Shown here one piece after another: positions 1 to 8,509 of a stretch of DNA of 64,000 nucleotides. Under the pieces are notes generated by a model that saw only the letters and a program-made list of their open reading frames with translations, did no database searches and was not told the DNA's origin. The position numbers and the translations under genes are program-made. How positions within the stretch are numbered: the first letter of the stretch is position 1; the number at the start of each line of letters is the position of its first letter. The DNA is from an uncultured Rikenellaceae bacterium. Its GTDB lineage: Bacteria > Bacteroidota > Bacteroidia > Bacteroidales > VadinHA17. Location of the stretch: contig CAZWFL010000010.1 in NCBI GenBank assembly GCA_964633195.1, forward strand, positions 21,732 to 85,731, read 5' to 3'.

Positions 1-399
1 GTTATATTCACCATGGGTGAAAACGCAGTAGTTAATAGCCTGTTCAGGGACCTTTAATCCCAGGATCCTCTGAAGCTTGGCGATGGCAGAGGTCATGCCG
101 GTCCCTGTGAAGATCAGGATATCTTCCTCACTTGCATTAACATGTTGTTTAACAATTTTCTGTGAAATGTGATAAGCCTGTGTCATTGCGTTTCCGGTGG
201 CAGTCGATTCAGAGTGGGTATTGCCGACCATGGGACCTATCTCCTCGAGGATCCTTTTTTCGATCGGCCCGTATAGCCTTCCGCTTGCTATCCAGTCGGC
301 ATAAACCAGATTTTTTCTTCCGTAAGGCGTCTCTATCTCAGCATCAATACCCACGATATTCTGCCGAAACTGACTGAAATATTTCTCTAGCTGACTCAT
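1..399 (-). CDS. Aminotransferase class V-fold PLP-dependent enzyme (cysteine desulfurase-like), N-terminal part; the rest runs off the window edge
   Basis: Not in the ORF track because it is open at the edge. My own reverse-strand translation from the ATG at 399-397 gives MSQLEKYFSQFRQNIVGIDAEIETPYGRKNLVYADWIASGRLYGPIEKRILEEIGPMVGNTHSESTATGNAMTQAYH... This resembles N-termini of class-V aminotransferase/desulfurase-like proteins. Confidence 0.5.
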   Translation of the reverse strand, partial: MSQLEKYFSQFRQNIVGIDAEIETPYGRKNLVYADWIASGRLYGPIEKRILEEIGPMVGNTHSESTATGNAMTQAYHISQKIVKQHVNASEEDILIFTGTGMTSAIAKLQRILGLKVPEQAINYCVFTHGEYN

Positions 400-508
400 C
401 TTTGCATTGTTTTATTAGTTCTATCGTTCAGAGCCTTTAAGTCCGAAGACCCCCGCCTGACCGCTGACGCAGTCAGTCGGGCAGGGAAGACGGAAGGAAG
501 AAAAAAAT

Positions 509-590
509 ATTTGTGATTTGTGATTTGTGAGTCTTGATTTGTGATTTAAATCAAAAATCACAATTCTAAAATCACTATTCACAAATCAAA
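509..590. repeat. Imperfect palindrome built from tgatttgtga units and their reverse complement tcacaaatca
   Basis: Direct reading: atttgtgatttgtgatttgtga...gatttaaatc...tcacaat...tcacaaatcaaa, centred near 548-557. Lies in the intergenic space between two minus-strand genes. Confidence 0.7.
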
Positions 591-604
591 CAACCTCGTT
601 CGCT

Positions 605-734
605 CGCCCTTTCGCTTTTTCACCCCCTCGCCCTTTCGCTTTTTCACCCCCTCGCCCTTTCGCTTTTTCACCCCCTCGCCCTTTCGCTTTTTCACCCCCT
701 CGCTCTTTCGCTCTTTCGCCCCCTCGCTCTTCGC
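605..734. repeat. 24-nt tandem repeat (cgccctttcgctttttcaccccct)
   Basis: Four perfect copies at 605-700, a degenerate copy at 701-724 and a partial copy to 734. Abuts the stop codon (737-735) of the DUF4405-like gene. Confidence 0.9.
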
Positions 735-1604
735 TTACTCTTCTGTCAGCATATCATAAGCCTCCCTTGGCGTAACTCCCAGCCTGTCGGCTATTGCCCT
801 GACTGTGGTATTGCCGTCAGCTTCAATACCCATCTCCTTAAGCATTGTGATAAAAAAAGATAGTTCTAATCCGGTGCTTTCGGCAACATTTTTTAGAGTG
901 TATTTCCCGTATCCTGCCTGATTTCCTCCGCCTCCGGCTCCCTCTTTCCCACCCGCTCCCTTTCCGACGGTGTTATATTTCGAGTTAAGCACTCTATAGA
1001 TTGCAGCAGGTGTCGTATTATTCTCCCTTGCAATTATTTCAAGAGTGTTATTGTTATCAGAAACTCTTATTTTGCTTTCAATCAACGTCTTTAATAATTC
1101 TTCTACAGGAATATCGCCAAATCTTACTGACAGGCTGTCCAGCGTAAAATCCTCCATATGAAGGACAGGAGGGATCTCAATTTTGCCGGCCCAGCTCTCT
1201 TTCACCTTATCACCGAAAACCATTACTGGTCCGAAAGGTGTCCAGTAGCGCAATGTTCCGACAAAGATTACGGATGAAAGTAATATCGAAGTCGCCAGCT
1301 CCCACTTCCTGTTCAGTCCCGCCCGCACCTTGCTTCTGAAGTATGTCAGGAAACCTCTCCAGTTCACAAAGAAGAGGTGAATGACAAAAAAAATGAAAAA
1401 GAGGTATGAGAAAATTGTATGAAGTGCCTGCCATTCGGCCTTTGTGAAGAGCAACAGCTTCCATGTTCCCCAGTTGGCAATTCTTCCCGGAGGTGCAACG
1501 TAGAGAATGAAGCCCGATACCGACATTATTACTGTTGAGATGACCAGAGAAAAGGTGGTAAAGCTTCTAAGATTGAATTTCTGTTTTCCTGTCTTCTTTT
1601 CCAT
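735..1604 (-). CDS. DUF4405-like integral membrane protein with a soluble C-terminal region
   Basis: 289-aa ORF. Hydrophobic helices in the first ~120 aa (FTTFSLVISTVIMSVSGFILYV, TIFSYLFFIFFVIHLFFV, ATSILLSSVIFVG). Gly-rich linker GKGAGGKEGAGGGGNQAG. The family call rests on overall resemblance only. Confidence 0.45.
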   Translation of the reverse strand: MEKKTGKQKFNLRSFTTFSLVISTVIMSVSGFILYVAPPGRIANWGTWKLLLFTKAEWQALHTIFSYLFFIFFVIHLFFVNWRGFLTYFRSKVRAGLNRKWELATSILLSSVIFVGTLRYWTPFGPVMVFGDKVKESWAGKIEIPPVLHMEDFTLDSLSVRFGDIPVEELLKTLIESKIRVSDNNNTLEIIARENNTTPAAIYRVLNSKYNTVGKGAGGKEGAGGGGNQAGYGKYTLKNVAESTGLELSFFITMLKEMGIEADGNTTVRAIADRLGVTPREAYDMLTEE

Positions 1605-1645
1605 TTGGAATGGTATTCAATAAGAAGAATCAAAAATATCAATAG

Positions 1646-2455
1646 TTATTTGATTTTGTAGTGGGATTCCAGGATCAGGCGGAATAATTTACCTGGCAGG
1701 ATATTTTTGAGTATCACTGCCAGCTTCTGGTCAACAGGTGCGATAATATAACGTTGTTTTGGATTCTTCTTCTTTATTATTTTTACAATCTTCTTTGCAA
1801 GGAAAACAGGAAGCCAACCATTGTTTTCATCATTTTCGATCACTTCGAGGGTTTTTAAAAATTGACCCTGGTACGGATCATCTTTATCTGAGCCTGGAAG
1901 AAATTTCCTTCTGTTAAGAGTGTTGTTAGTATGAAAATCACCCGGATTAATGACTATGACATTGATATTAAACCGTTTAACCTCCATTCGTAAGGCTTCA
2001 CTAAATCCCTCAATGGCAAACTTACTTGCAGAATAGAATGCCTGGAACGGAAGCCCCATCAATCCGCCTATTGAGCTGAAATTGATTATGGTCCCGCCTC
2101 CCTGCTTTCTCATAACAGGAAGTACTTTCCTGGTGAGATTTACCATTCCCATAAAATTAGTTTCCATCTGAAGCCTGATATTCCTGGTTGGTGTAATCTC
2201 AACAGGACCTCCGGTATGCATGCCGGCGTTGTTGATCAGTACATCAATTCTTCCCTCTTTCCGGATAACCGTTCTGACAGTATTTCTGATGGATATAATA
2301 TTCGTAAGATCCATCTGCAAAAGATGTTCTGTGGTTCCTGTTCCGGGTTCATACCTTACTGTTCTGTAAACGATATGACCTGCCCTGACAAGAAGCCTTG
2401 AGATTTGTTTTCCAAACCCGGAAGATACTCCTGTAATAAGGATTACTTTTTTCAT
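1646..2455 (-). CDS. Short-chain dehydrogenase/reductase (SDR family oxidoreductase)
   Basis: 269 aa. Rossmann motif TGVSSGFG at the N-terminus, NNAG, and catalytic YSASK (Tyr-x3-Lys). Confidence 0.85.
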   Translation of the reverse strand: MKKVILITGVSSGFGKQISRLLVRAGHIVYRTVRYEPGTGTTEHLLQMDLTNIISIRNTVRTVIRKEGRIDVLINNAGMHTGGPVEITPTRNIRLQMETNFMGMVNLTRKVLPVMRKQGGGTIINFSSIGGLMGLPFQAFYSASKFAIEGFSEALRMEVKRFNINVIVINPGDFHTNNTLNRRKFLPGSDKDDPYQGQFLKTLEVIENDENNGWLPVFLAKKIVKIIKKKNPKQRYIIAPVDQKLAVILKNILPGKLFRLILESHYKIK

Positions 2456-2498
2456 ACTGTATTAGTTTTACCTGAGGTCATATTGTACTACCCCCCTT

Positions 2499-2515
2499 CC
2501 CCCCTTAAAGGGGGG
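2499..2515 (-). terminator. CCCCCC-ttaaa-GGGGGG hairpin downstream of the alpha-oxoamine synthase gene
   Basis: 6-bp all-GC stem with a 5-nt loop, about 40 nt after the stop at 2554. Same C6/G6 architecture as the hairpins at 33674-33704 and 34194-34222. Confidence 0.3.
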
Positions 2516-2553
2516 TTAATCTGGAATTTAAGGTGCTTCCAGATGAAGGAGGA

Positions 2554-3807
<1,254 letters not shown>

Positions 3808-3832
3808 TTACCTTATTAACTGAAATTCAGAT

Positions 3833-4582
3833 ATGTCTCTTTTTTATCAGTATTCTTTGATCCTTATCTTTTCATTTGCCGTAATCATTCTGGCCCTGCT
3901 GTTCTTTGTTACTGCCCCCTATGGCAAGTTTCAAAGGAAGGGTTGGGGTCCTGTGATAAAGACCCGATGGGCCTGGATGATAATGGAGTTTCCTTCTCCT
4001 GCACTGATGATCTTTATTTTTATTCTCTCCGGCAGATACAACCTGATGAATACAATATTTCTTGTTATATGGTCGTCACATTACCTTCACAGGACCTTTG
4101 TTTACCCATTCAGCCAGTCGGGCGGGGAGAAACCCTATCCTCTTTTACTGGTGCTGATGGCTCTCATTTTTAACTGCCTCAACGGCTTCGTTAACGGATA
4201 TGGTATTTTTCACCTTTATTATTACACGTTTTCGTGGATGATGACATGGAAGTTCAATGCGGGACTTATTTTGTTTATAACAGGGTTCATAATTAACAAG
4301 CGTGGTGACGCAAGACTCAGGAAACTGCGCAGAAACAAACCTGAGGAGTATGTTATCCCCCATGGGTGGCTGTTCAGGTATGTTTCGTCACCCCATTATC
4401 TTGGCGAGATTATTGAATGGACCGGATGGGCGATAATGACCTGGTCGCTGCCCGGACTGGCATTTGCCGTTTTTACATTTGCTAATCTCTTCCCGAGGGC
4501 GATCAGATCACACAGATGGTATAGGGAGAGGTTTCCTGATTACCCGCCTGAAAGGAAAGCGCTGATACCCTTTATAGTTTGA
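3833..4582 (+). CDS. 3-oxo-5-alpha-steroid 4-dehydrogenase (steroid 5-alpha-reductase) family membrane protein
   Basis: 249 aa, polytopic. C-terminal family signature RYVSSPHYLGEIIEWTGWAI ... RAIRSHRWYRERFPDYPPERKALIPFI. Confidence 0.8.
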   Translation: MSLFYQYSLILIFSFAVIILALLFFVTAPYGKFQRKGWGPVIKTRWAWMIMEFPSPALMIFIFILSGRYNLMNTIFLVIWSSHYLHRTFVYPFSQSGGEKPYPLLLVLMALIFNCLNGFVNGYGIFHLYYYTFSWMMTWKFNAGLILFITGFIINKRGDARLRKLRRNKPEEYVIPHGWLFRYVSSPHYLGEIIEWTGWAIMTWSLPGLAFAVFTFANLFPRAIRSHRWYRERFPDYPPERKALIPFIV

Positions 4583-4742
4583 AGTGCCAGGCACTCCAGG
4601 CACTCAAATAATTCTGCGAAACTCCGGAATAAAAATCTGTATTTTGTTTGGAAAGTAGCTTGCAGCGATTTATTTTTGCCGCGAAATCAAATTTAGCAGA
4701 ATAATGGACGATGGCCCTGCGCGATATAGTATGAAACTCTGA

Positions 4743-4783
4743 TACAGAAGGGGCATTCTGTTTTATGGTTGCCTCCTTCTGTA
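4743..4783 (+). promoter_or_regulatory. Leader hairpin containing an anti-SD-like CCTCC, upstream of a strong SD (AGGAGG 4796-4801)
   Basis: tacagaagg (4743-4751) pairs perfectly with ccttctgta (4775-4783). cctcct (4772-4777) is also complementary to aggagg (4796-4801), which sits 5 nt before the ATG at 4807. Confidence 0.3.
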
Positions 4784-4806
4784 CCGATAAATAAGAGGAG
4801 GTGACT

Positions 4807-6081
4807 ATGACTTCATTCACAACATTTTACTTAAGCGGATTAGTCGGAAAGGAGGTTTTTGGTCCTGACGGTGACGCTGTCGGAGTGATCAAAGACGTTC
4901 TGACCAGGTCGATACCTGTCGAAGGAGATGATGTTTCGAGACAGATTGTGACGGGTGTGAAACTGAAGGTTGGCAGGCAGGTCAAAAATTATTCATCCCG
5001 CACCTTCAGGGTAATAAAAGCCAGGGAAAAGCTGAGTGTGACCTGTTCCGGGCTAGTCGATCTTCCTGAGGATGAGATATCCCAGGGTCTTTTTCTTGTT
5101 GAGAATGTCCTTGACAAGCAGATAGTTGACCTTAATGGCCGCAAACTTGTAAGGGTAAACGATATAAGACTTGTTACAGTTCCCATGGGAACCTTTGCCA
5201 TTGCTGTTGACATTGGTGTTGAGGGTCTCCTTCGCCGTCTGGGTATTTCACAGCTTCTTAAAAAACTGCTTTCCCTCCCAAGGATCAATATACCTTCAAA
5301 ATATATTCTGTGGGATGATGTGCAGACCATAGACTATTCAAACCTGAACATTAAACTTTCAAAAAGTTATGCCAGACTGCAGACACTTCACCCATCGGAT
5401 CTGGCTGATATTCTTGAGGATCTCGGAAAGAAATCAAGTATGTCGCTCTTCTCGGCACTTGATGAGGAGAAGGCTGCCGATGTTCTGGAAGAGCTGGAGA
5501 CTCATGCCCAAATACATATAGTTGAAAATCTGCCCGTTGAGAAAGCTGCGGATGTGTTGGAAAAGATGCCGGCCGATGAGGTTGCGGATATACTCGATGA
5601 GCTTGAAGATGAAAAGGCTGAAATTCTTCTCAACGAGATGGATGATGAGTCATCACAGGAAGTAAGGGAATTGCTGGAGTACTCAGACGATTCTGTCGGT
5701 AGCATTATGACAACTGATTATCTCTCATTCGGACCTGACAGACTGGTGAGTGAGGTTATCAATGAGATACGGGATAAAAAACCTGAGCCTTATGAACTTT
5801 ACAAGTTATGTGTTACTGAAGATGATAATGAACTGATAGGTACCTTCAGCCTGCGTGATCTTATTCTCGCATCTCCCCGGCAGAAGGTGAACCAGATAAT
5901 GAATCCGGAGCCGATATTGCTGTTTGATGACCAGAAGCAGGATGATGCCGGCCTGATGATATCAAAATACAGTCTTCTGGCCGTGCCTGTTGTCGACAGG
6001 GAGAACCAGCTGCAGGGCATGGTGATAGTGGACGATGTTGTTGAGGATCTTATACGCAAAAGGAGGAGCAGGAAAAGATAA
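4807..6081 (+). CDS. Soluble MgtE-N-domain / CBS-pair protein with N-terminal PRC-barrel-like repeats and no membrane pore domain
   Basis: Track ORF starts at GTG 4801; ATG 4807 is preferred because of the SD. Acidic MgtE_N-type helices (AADVLEELE, AADVLEKMPADEVADILDELEDEKAEILLNEM) are followed by two CBS-like segments. No hydrophobic C-terminal TM domain. Confidence 0.8.
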   Translation: MTSFTTFYLSGLVGKEVFGPDGDAVGVIKDVLTRSIPVEGDDVSRQIVTGVKLKVGRQVKNYSSRTFRVIKAREKLSVTCSGLVDLPEDEISQGLFLVENVLDKQIVDLNGRKLVRVNDIRLVTVPMGTFAIAVDIGVEGLLRRLGISQLLKKLLSLPRINIPSKYILWDDVQTIDYSNLNIKLSKSYARLQTLHPSDLADILEDLGKKSSMSLFSALDEEKAADVLEELETHAQIHIVENLPVEKAADVLEKMPADEVADILDELEDEKAEILLNEMDDESSQEVRELLEYSDDSVGSIMTTDYLSFGPDRLVSEVINEIRDKKPEPYELYKLCVTEDDNELIGTFSLRDLILASPRQKVNQIMNPEPILLFDDQKQDDAGLMISKYSLLAVPVVDRENQLQGMVIVDDVVEDLIRKRRSRKR

Positions 6082-6102
6082 CCGATATCAGATCCCGGGA
6101 TA

Positions 6103-7353
6103 ATGAAATTCAGGATAAAAAGAAGGCACTATTTTAAGAGGATCGCCCTTTTTCTTGCCATCCTTGGCCCGGGAATAATAACGGGCAGTGTTGACAATGA
6201 TGCAGGCGGCATTACTACTTACTCCGTTGCCGGAGCCGTTTACGGGTACGGCCTGATATGGACCCTGATCCCTTCTTTTATTGTTCTGCTGGTTGTTCAG
6301 GAGATGAATGCAAGGATGGGGATAGTTACAGGGAAGGGTCTGTCGGACCTGATACGCGAGAATGCCGGTGTTAAGATAACCCTCTTTATTTTTATCGGAT
6401 TACTGATAACGAACATTGGAAATACGACAACAGAGTTTGCCGGAGTGGCCGGCAGTATGGAGATCTTTGGTGTTACAAAGTATATCTCCGTACCCGTTGT
6501 CGGATTCCTTGTCTGGATACTGGTTGTAAAAGGGACCTATAAGATTGCCGAACGTATTTTTCTTATTTTCAGTGCATCCCTCCTTACATATGTTGTTTCG
6601 GCCCTGATGAGCCGTCCTGAGTGGGGCGAGATAGGTGCTGCCATAATACGGCCGAGAATGGCGATGAGCACCGCGAGCCTGGCAATGGTGATCGCCCTGG
6701 TAGGTACAACGATAGCGCCATGGATGCAATTCTACATGCAGGCATCGGTCATTGAGAAAGGGCTCAAGATGAAAAACTACAGGTTTACCGTTATTGATAT
6801 CGTTGTTGGTTGTGTTGCCACGGTGGTTGTTGCATTTTTCATAATGGTTGCCTGCGGCGCGACGCTTCATCCAAACGGTATAATTATCAACGAGGCAAAA
6901 GATGCAGCCATGGCTCTGAAACCGCTGGCGGGCAGATTTGCATCGCACGTGTTCGCATTCGGCCTCTTTATTGCTTCAGTATTTTCAGCTACCATTCTCC
7001 CGCTGGCAACTTCATTTTATATCTGCGAAGCATTCGGCTTTGAGGCAGGTATCGATAAGAAATGGGACGAAGCAAGGGAGTTTTACGTTCTTTATACAGG
7101 CATACTGATAATATCAGTCCTCATTATCCTGATCCCTGACGCACCTTTAATCGCAATCTCGATCTGGACACAGGTGCTAAACGGTATTCTGCTTCCGGTT
7201 GTTCTTGTCAGTATGATGCTGCTCATAAACAATAAAAAGATCATGGGGACCTTCGTCAATAAACCATATCAGAATTTCATAGGGTGGAGCACGGTATTTA
7301 TCCTCACAGCCCTTTCGGGTGCCCTGCTGATCCTGCCGCTTTTCGGGGCTTAG
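6103..7353 (+). CDS. Nramp-family transporter with an NRMT-like (Mg2+-type) binding-site signature
   Basis: 416 aa, about 11 TM. Gap-free alignment from GP to W against my recollection of E. coli MntH TM1 gives DAGG in place of DPGN. TM6 reads GTTIAPW in place of GATIMPH. Confidence 0.8.
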   Translation: MKFRIKRRHYFKRIALFLAILGPGIITGSVDNDAGGITTYSVAGAVYGYGLIWTLIPSFIVLLVVQEMNARMGIVTGKGLSDLIRENAGVKITLFIFIGLLITNIGNTTTEFAGVAGSMEIFGVTKYISVPVVGFLVWILVVKGTYKIAERIFLIFSASLLTYVVSALMSRPEWGEIGAAIIRPRMAMSTASLAMVIALVGTTIAPWMQFYMQASVIEKGLKMKNYRFTVIDIVVGCVATVVVAFFIMVACGATLHPNGIIINEAKDAAMALKPLAGRFASHVFAFGLFIASVFSATILPLATSFYICEAFGFEAGIDKKWDEAREFYVLYTGILIISVLIILIPDAPLIAISIWTQVLNGILLPVVLVSMMLLINNKKIMGTFVNKPYQNFIGWSTVFILTALSGALLILPLFGA

Positions 7354-7376
7354 ATTCAAAAAGATCAGAAATTCTG

Positions 7377-8441
7377 CTAATCAGGCCATTCGCCGTCATG
7401 AAAATCTCTTGTTACTATTTTTGCCGGATCGATAACCACATGCCTGATAAGCTTACGCTGCCATGTGTAGGTTATATGGACCAGGCCGTTGGCTGCCTGG
7501 ATTACTGCGGGATATGAATACTCATTCCTTTCCCTGTCGTTTTCGAGGACACAGCAGGCTTTCCAGTTAACACCATCAGCGGATACCGCTACATTAAGAG
7601 TATTACGTCCGGATGATAGATGATTATAGACCATAAGATGACGCCCGTCCTTAAGGGTTACAGCATCTATTCCCGAGTTGGGGTTAGGTAATCCTGATGA
7701 GACAAGCTCGCTCCAGGTACGGCCGTTATCTTCAGACCGGGCTGTAAGTATAGTTTTCACGGTGCTCCGGCAGACGAGCTGCAGAATCCCCCCGGGATGA
7801 AAAAGGACAGAAGGCTGAATTGCTCCTGTTGTCTTTTCGTTCAGGGGCGGAGTCCTTTCCCATGTTCGCCCGTTATCGGATGTGAATTCCATATGAAGAC
7901 GCCATCCGTCATGTTCGGTGCTTGAGGGGCATAATAATTCACCGTTACTGAGAAGAACCGGTTTGTTTTTGATTGGTCCGGCAATATCTTCTGGTAGCCG
8001 GAACGGCCTCGACCATGATTGCCCGTTATTTGTGGAAGTCATCATTTCACCCCACCAGGTTGAGGGGCTTGGGCCTGTTTTAAAGAACAGAAGTATCTCT
8101 TTTCCTGTGTTATAGAGTACAGGGTTCCATGTGGGGTAGCGTTTATCCTTATGCTGGATGCCATTGGCTACCTCAACCGGGTCCGACCACCTGCCTTTCC
8201 GGTTGTGGCTCACCCATATCCCCACATCGGGGTTTCTTTCGGCCGTGCCTCCGAACCAGGCTGCAAGAAGACCTTTTTTCGTTTCAATGATCGTTGAAGC
8301 ATGACAACCCGGAAAAACTACCTCGCCGGGCTGATAGATGAACTCAGAAGAGACTATACATTGGTCTCCGGAATACTGGCCGGAAACATTAAGAAGAATC
8401 ATAGCCAAAAAGACTGAAGTGATGATCAGGATTTTTTTCAT
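7377..8441 (-). CDS. BNR/Asp-box repeat protein (sialidase-like beta-propeller), secreted
   Basis: 354 aa with a signal peptide. Three Asp-boxes (STNNGQSW, SDNGRTW, SEDNGRTW). No FRIP motif seen, so true sialidase activity is uncertain. Confidence 0.7.
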   Translation of the reverse strand: MKKILIITSVFLAMILLNVSGQYSGDQCIVSSEFIYQPGEVVFPGCHASTIIETKKGLLAAWFGGTAERNPDVGIWVSHNRKGRWSDPVEVANGIQHKDKRYPTWNPVLYNTGKEILLFFKTGPSPSTWWGEMMTSTNNGQSWSRPFRLPEDIAGPIKNKPVLLSNGELLCPSSTEHDGWRLHMEFTSDNGRTWERTPPLNEKTTGAIQPSVLFHPGGILQLVCRSTVKTILTARSEDNGRTWSELVSSGLPNPNSGIDAVTLKDGRHLMVYNHLSSGRNTLNVAVSADGVNWKACCVLENDRERNEYSYPAVIQAANGLVHITYTWQRKLIRHVVIDPAKIVTRDFHDGEWPD

Positions 8442-8509
8442 AGCGGTTCATTATTGAAATTACTGTGATAAAGATATTGATTTTGAATGAACAGAGCTTT
8501 TCTGTTACC

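Noticed and set aside
162-377. 71-aa + strand ORF at the left edge
   Set aside because: It lies antisense within the much better supported minus-strand aminotransferase reading frame (1-399), which continues open to the window edge.
605-734. Possible CRISPR array (regular 24-nt repeats)
   Set aside because: The repeats are directly contiguous with no unique spacers, the unit is shorter than typical CRISPR repeats, and there are no cas genes in the window. This is a plain tandem repeat.
4583-4806. M-box (Mg2+) or other known riboswitch
   Set aside because: I could not find the conserved M-box core sequences or another aptamer I recognise. It is reported only as an unclassified structured leader, not as a riboswitch feature.
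4572-4820. 82-aa minus-strand ORF covering the MgtE_N leader
   Set aside because: It has no recognisable domain, overlaps the stop of the upstream gene and the start of the downstream gene, and the region is better explained as a structured 5' leader.
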